From a virus, in IMG/VR virus record IMGVR_UViG_3300036772_000425, positions 138,924-202,923 of that record: a stretch of 64,000 nucleotides of DNA. The stretch is one strand, 5' to 3'. Positions 62,631 through 64,000 of this stretch are shown piece by piece. A model generated the notes under the pieces. It was given only the letters and a program-made list of their open reading frames with translations. It was not told the origin of the DNA and searched no databases. The position numbers and the translations under genes were made by a program. Numbering within the stretch: position 1 is the stretch's first letter; the number at the start of each line of letters is the position of its first letter.

Positions 62631-63772
62631 ACCATCCTGTCCTGGTACGTTTTGCGGTTGGCAAGCACCTCTTGGGTGATCTTGATGTGGAAGTCACGCT
62701 CGACCTTCTGTTGTTTCTCGACCGACAGATCGTAGAATCGGTTCGAGTGCTGCCGACGTGGGTTCAACTCTCGAGCATGTCCGACGGCAGCCTCCCACGC
62801 ATCCTCTGCCAGGTCATCACCGTGACCGTTGACATACCTGTGCTTCGATCCTTCGTTGTTCTGCAGCGTTCGCGCGAGGTCGAGATCCTGTCCGTCGGCG
62901 GCCTCGAACTTCGGAGAACCCATCAGGACGATGTTTGCAGGGTGGTGGTAGTACCCAGGTGCAACTTCCGGGTACTCCCTGAACAGGTGCGCGTGCTTAT
63001 CGTACCACTCCCAGTGGCACCGTTCTGTCCATGACATGGTGTTCCACCGCTTGGAGACATCAGTCTCCTCCCTGTAGTGGAATTTCCATTTGTCGACCCC
63101 TTCCAGGTCGAGGTGCGACCAATCGTGGGCCGGTTCCGGGAGCTGGACGAACGCGTACTGATCTTTGGGGGCACCGGGCCACCTGACCCTTCCCAAGAAC
63201 AGGTGCAGGGTCTTGTCACGTTTCCGATAGATGGTGCCGAACCGGAGCGTGGACTCCGTCGGAAGCTCTCCAGACGCTTGCGCAGCCTTGAACGCCTCCA
63301 GTTCTGCCGCTCCTTTCACCATCGTGGTATGGAGCTCACCGCCGACCAGAACCAGGCGGACCTGGCTTCCCAGGATGCCCCAGACGAACTTCCCGGGCAC
63401 GGAACCACGAGGTTTGATGCCGACCAGCTTCATCACCTCGATGACCTGGTCCTCCCGGAGGTCGAACCTGCGCATCTCCTCGTCGATGACCTTGTAGGCC
63501 CGGCCACCCTCGCTCCGGACGTGGAGGTCGGTGATGGTGATGGAGAAGGGTTCGTTAGCCCTCACCAGCAGGTCGGGAGCACGGTCGGACTTGTTCCAGT
63601 ACGGGTTGGCCCACCGTTCGGCCGTTGCCGGAGCCGTCTTGGAGTCAGGGTTGTACGGGAAGGTGTCACGGATGGTGATCTTCTCGTCGATGATGTTGGT
63701 CGATTCTTCCGGTTCTCGGGAGCAGTACGCCACCCGATCCAACAAGCGTCCGGGTCCTGTCTGTGTCCTCAT
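62621..63772 (-). CDS. hypothetical protein (383 aa)
   Basis: ORF track; mixed composition. Confidence 0.55.
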   Translation of the reverse strand: MRTQTGPGRLLDRVAYCSREPEESTNIIDEKITIRDTFPYNPDSKTAPATAERWANPYWNKSDRAPDLLVRANEPFSITITDLHVRSEGGRAYKVIDEEMRRFDLREDQVIEVMKLVGIKPRGSVPGKFVWGILGSQVRLVLVGGELHTTMVKGAAELEAFKAAQASGELPTESTLRFGTIYRKRDKTLHLFLGRVRWPGAPKDQYAFVQLPEPAHDWSHLDLEGVDKWKFHYREETDVSKRWNTMSWTERCHWEWYDKHAHLFREYPEVAPGYYHHPANIVLMGSPKFEAADGQDLDLARTLQNNEGSKHRYVNGHGDDLAEDAWEAAVGHARELNPRRQHSNRFYDLSVEKQQKVERDFHIKITQEVLANRKTYQDRMVWK

Positions 63773-64000
63773 GCATCATCCTCTGCCTGCTGGCTCCAAC
63801 GGGGCGGCGCCGCATGCTCAAATTCCATGGTGTTCGCGTCACGGAGCTTGACCCAGAACCGGGCAAGCACCTTCTGCTTCTTCGACGGGGTGACGAGCGG
63901 GTGCAGGAGGAGCTGGAAGGTGATGGAGTCGAAGTCCTTGTCGACGGAGCACGCCTGCGCGTTGAACTTCCGGATGTAGATCCGATCGACCTTCAGGACG
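63769..64000 (-). CDS. partial CDS (3' end only; continues beyond window)
   Basis: open minus-strand frame ...FWVKLRDANTMEFEHAAPPRWSQQAEDDA* ending in ATGA overlap with next gene. Confidence 0.35.
   Translation of the reverse strand, partial: VLKVDRIYIRKFNAQACSVDKDFDSITFQLLLHPLVTPSKKQKVLARFWVKLRDANTMEFEHAAPPRWSQQAEDDA

Noticed and set aside
63077-63979. 300-aa plus-strand ORF at the window end
   Set aside because: Overlaps well-supported minus-strand genes (62621..63772 and the partial gene) and is low complexity.

Overview
This 64-kb, visibly GC-rich window (about two-thirds G+C by eye, strong G/C bias at third codon positions) reads as a non-structural region of a large tailed phage, jumbo-phage-like, or a phage-derived element, infecting a high-GC bacterium. 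Evidence for phage origin: tightly packed, translationally coupled genes with ATGA, GTGA and TTGA stop-start overlaps; a GH24 T4-lysozyme-type endolysin; three freestanding GIY-YIG/NUMOD3 homing endonucleases; an embedded tRNA-Met. Evidence for a bacterial host: bacterial-type IF-1 and GroEL homologues and bacterial lipobox signal peptides. No capsid, terminase, portal, integrase, rRNA or CRISPR array was found. Layout: (i) 0-5.2 kb is a minus-strand module of small genes. Each has its own conserved promoter (GTGAAAC-N17-TAGACT) ending 5-10 nt before the start codon, so transcripts are near-leaderless. The module ends at a tRNA-Met(CAU). (ii) 5.4-36.8 kb is a plus-strand module with a RecA-superfamily ATPase and an extraordinary tandem array of more than 50 small (70-115 aa), highly diverged paralogs. 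These share an N-terminal h-PGD-h-V motif plus a central YLVV...LLDxxG motif and look like SH3-like beta-barrels (KOW/Tudor-like). The array is interrupted by an AT-hook protein, an Acb1-like 2H phosphoesterase, lipoproteins and a full-length major vault protein (MVP) homologue with its own terminator. (iii) 36.8-64 kb is a mixed-strand module: secreted Zn-metalloprotease and trypsin-like protease, lambda-type Ser/Thr phosphatase, IF-1, GroEL, AAA+ ATPase, TANGO2/NRDE, ADP-ribosylglycohydrolase, a MgsA C-domain-only protein, a base-excision repair cluster (Fpg/Nei, MBD4-like, DenV-like, nucleotidyltransferase, FEN, NUDIX) and the endolysin. Start coordinates were refined from the six-frame track using internal Met/GTG/TTG codons, stop-start overlaps, SD-like purine tracts and the promoter motif. 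Treat starts as accurate to a few codons and promoter/hairpin coordinates to a few nt.
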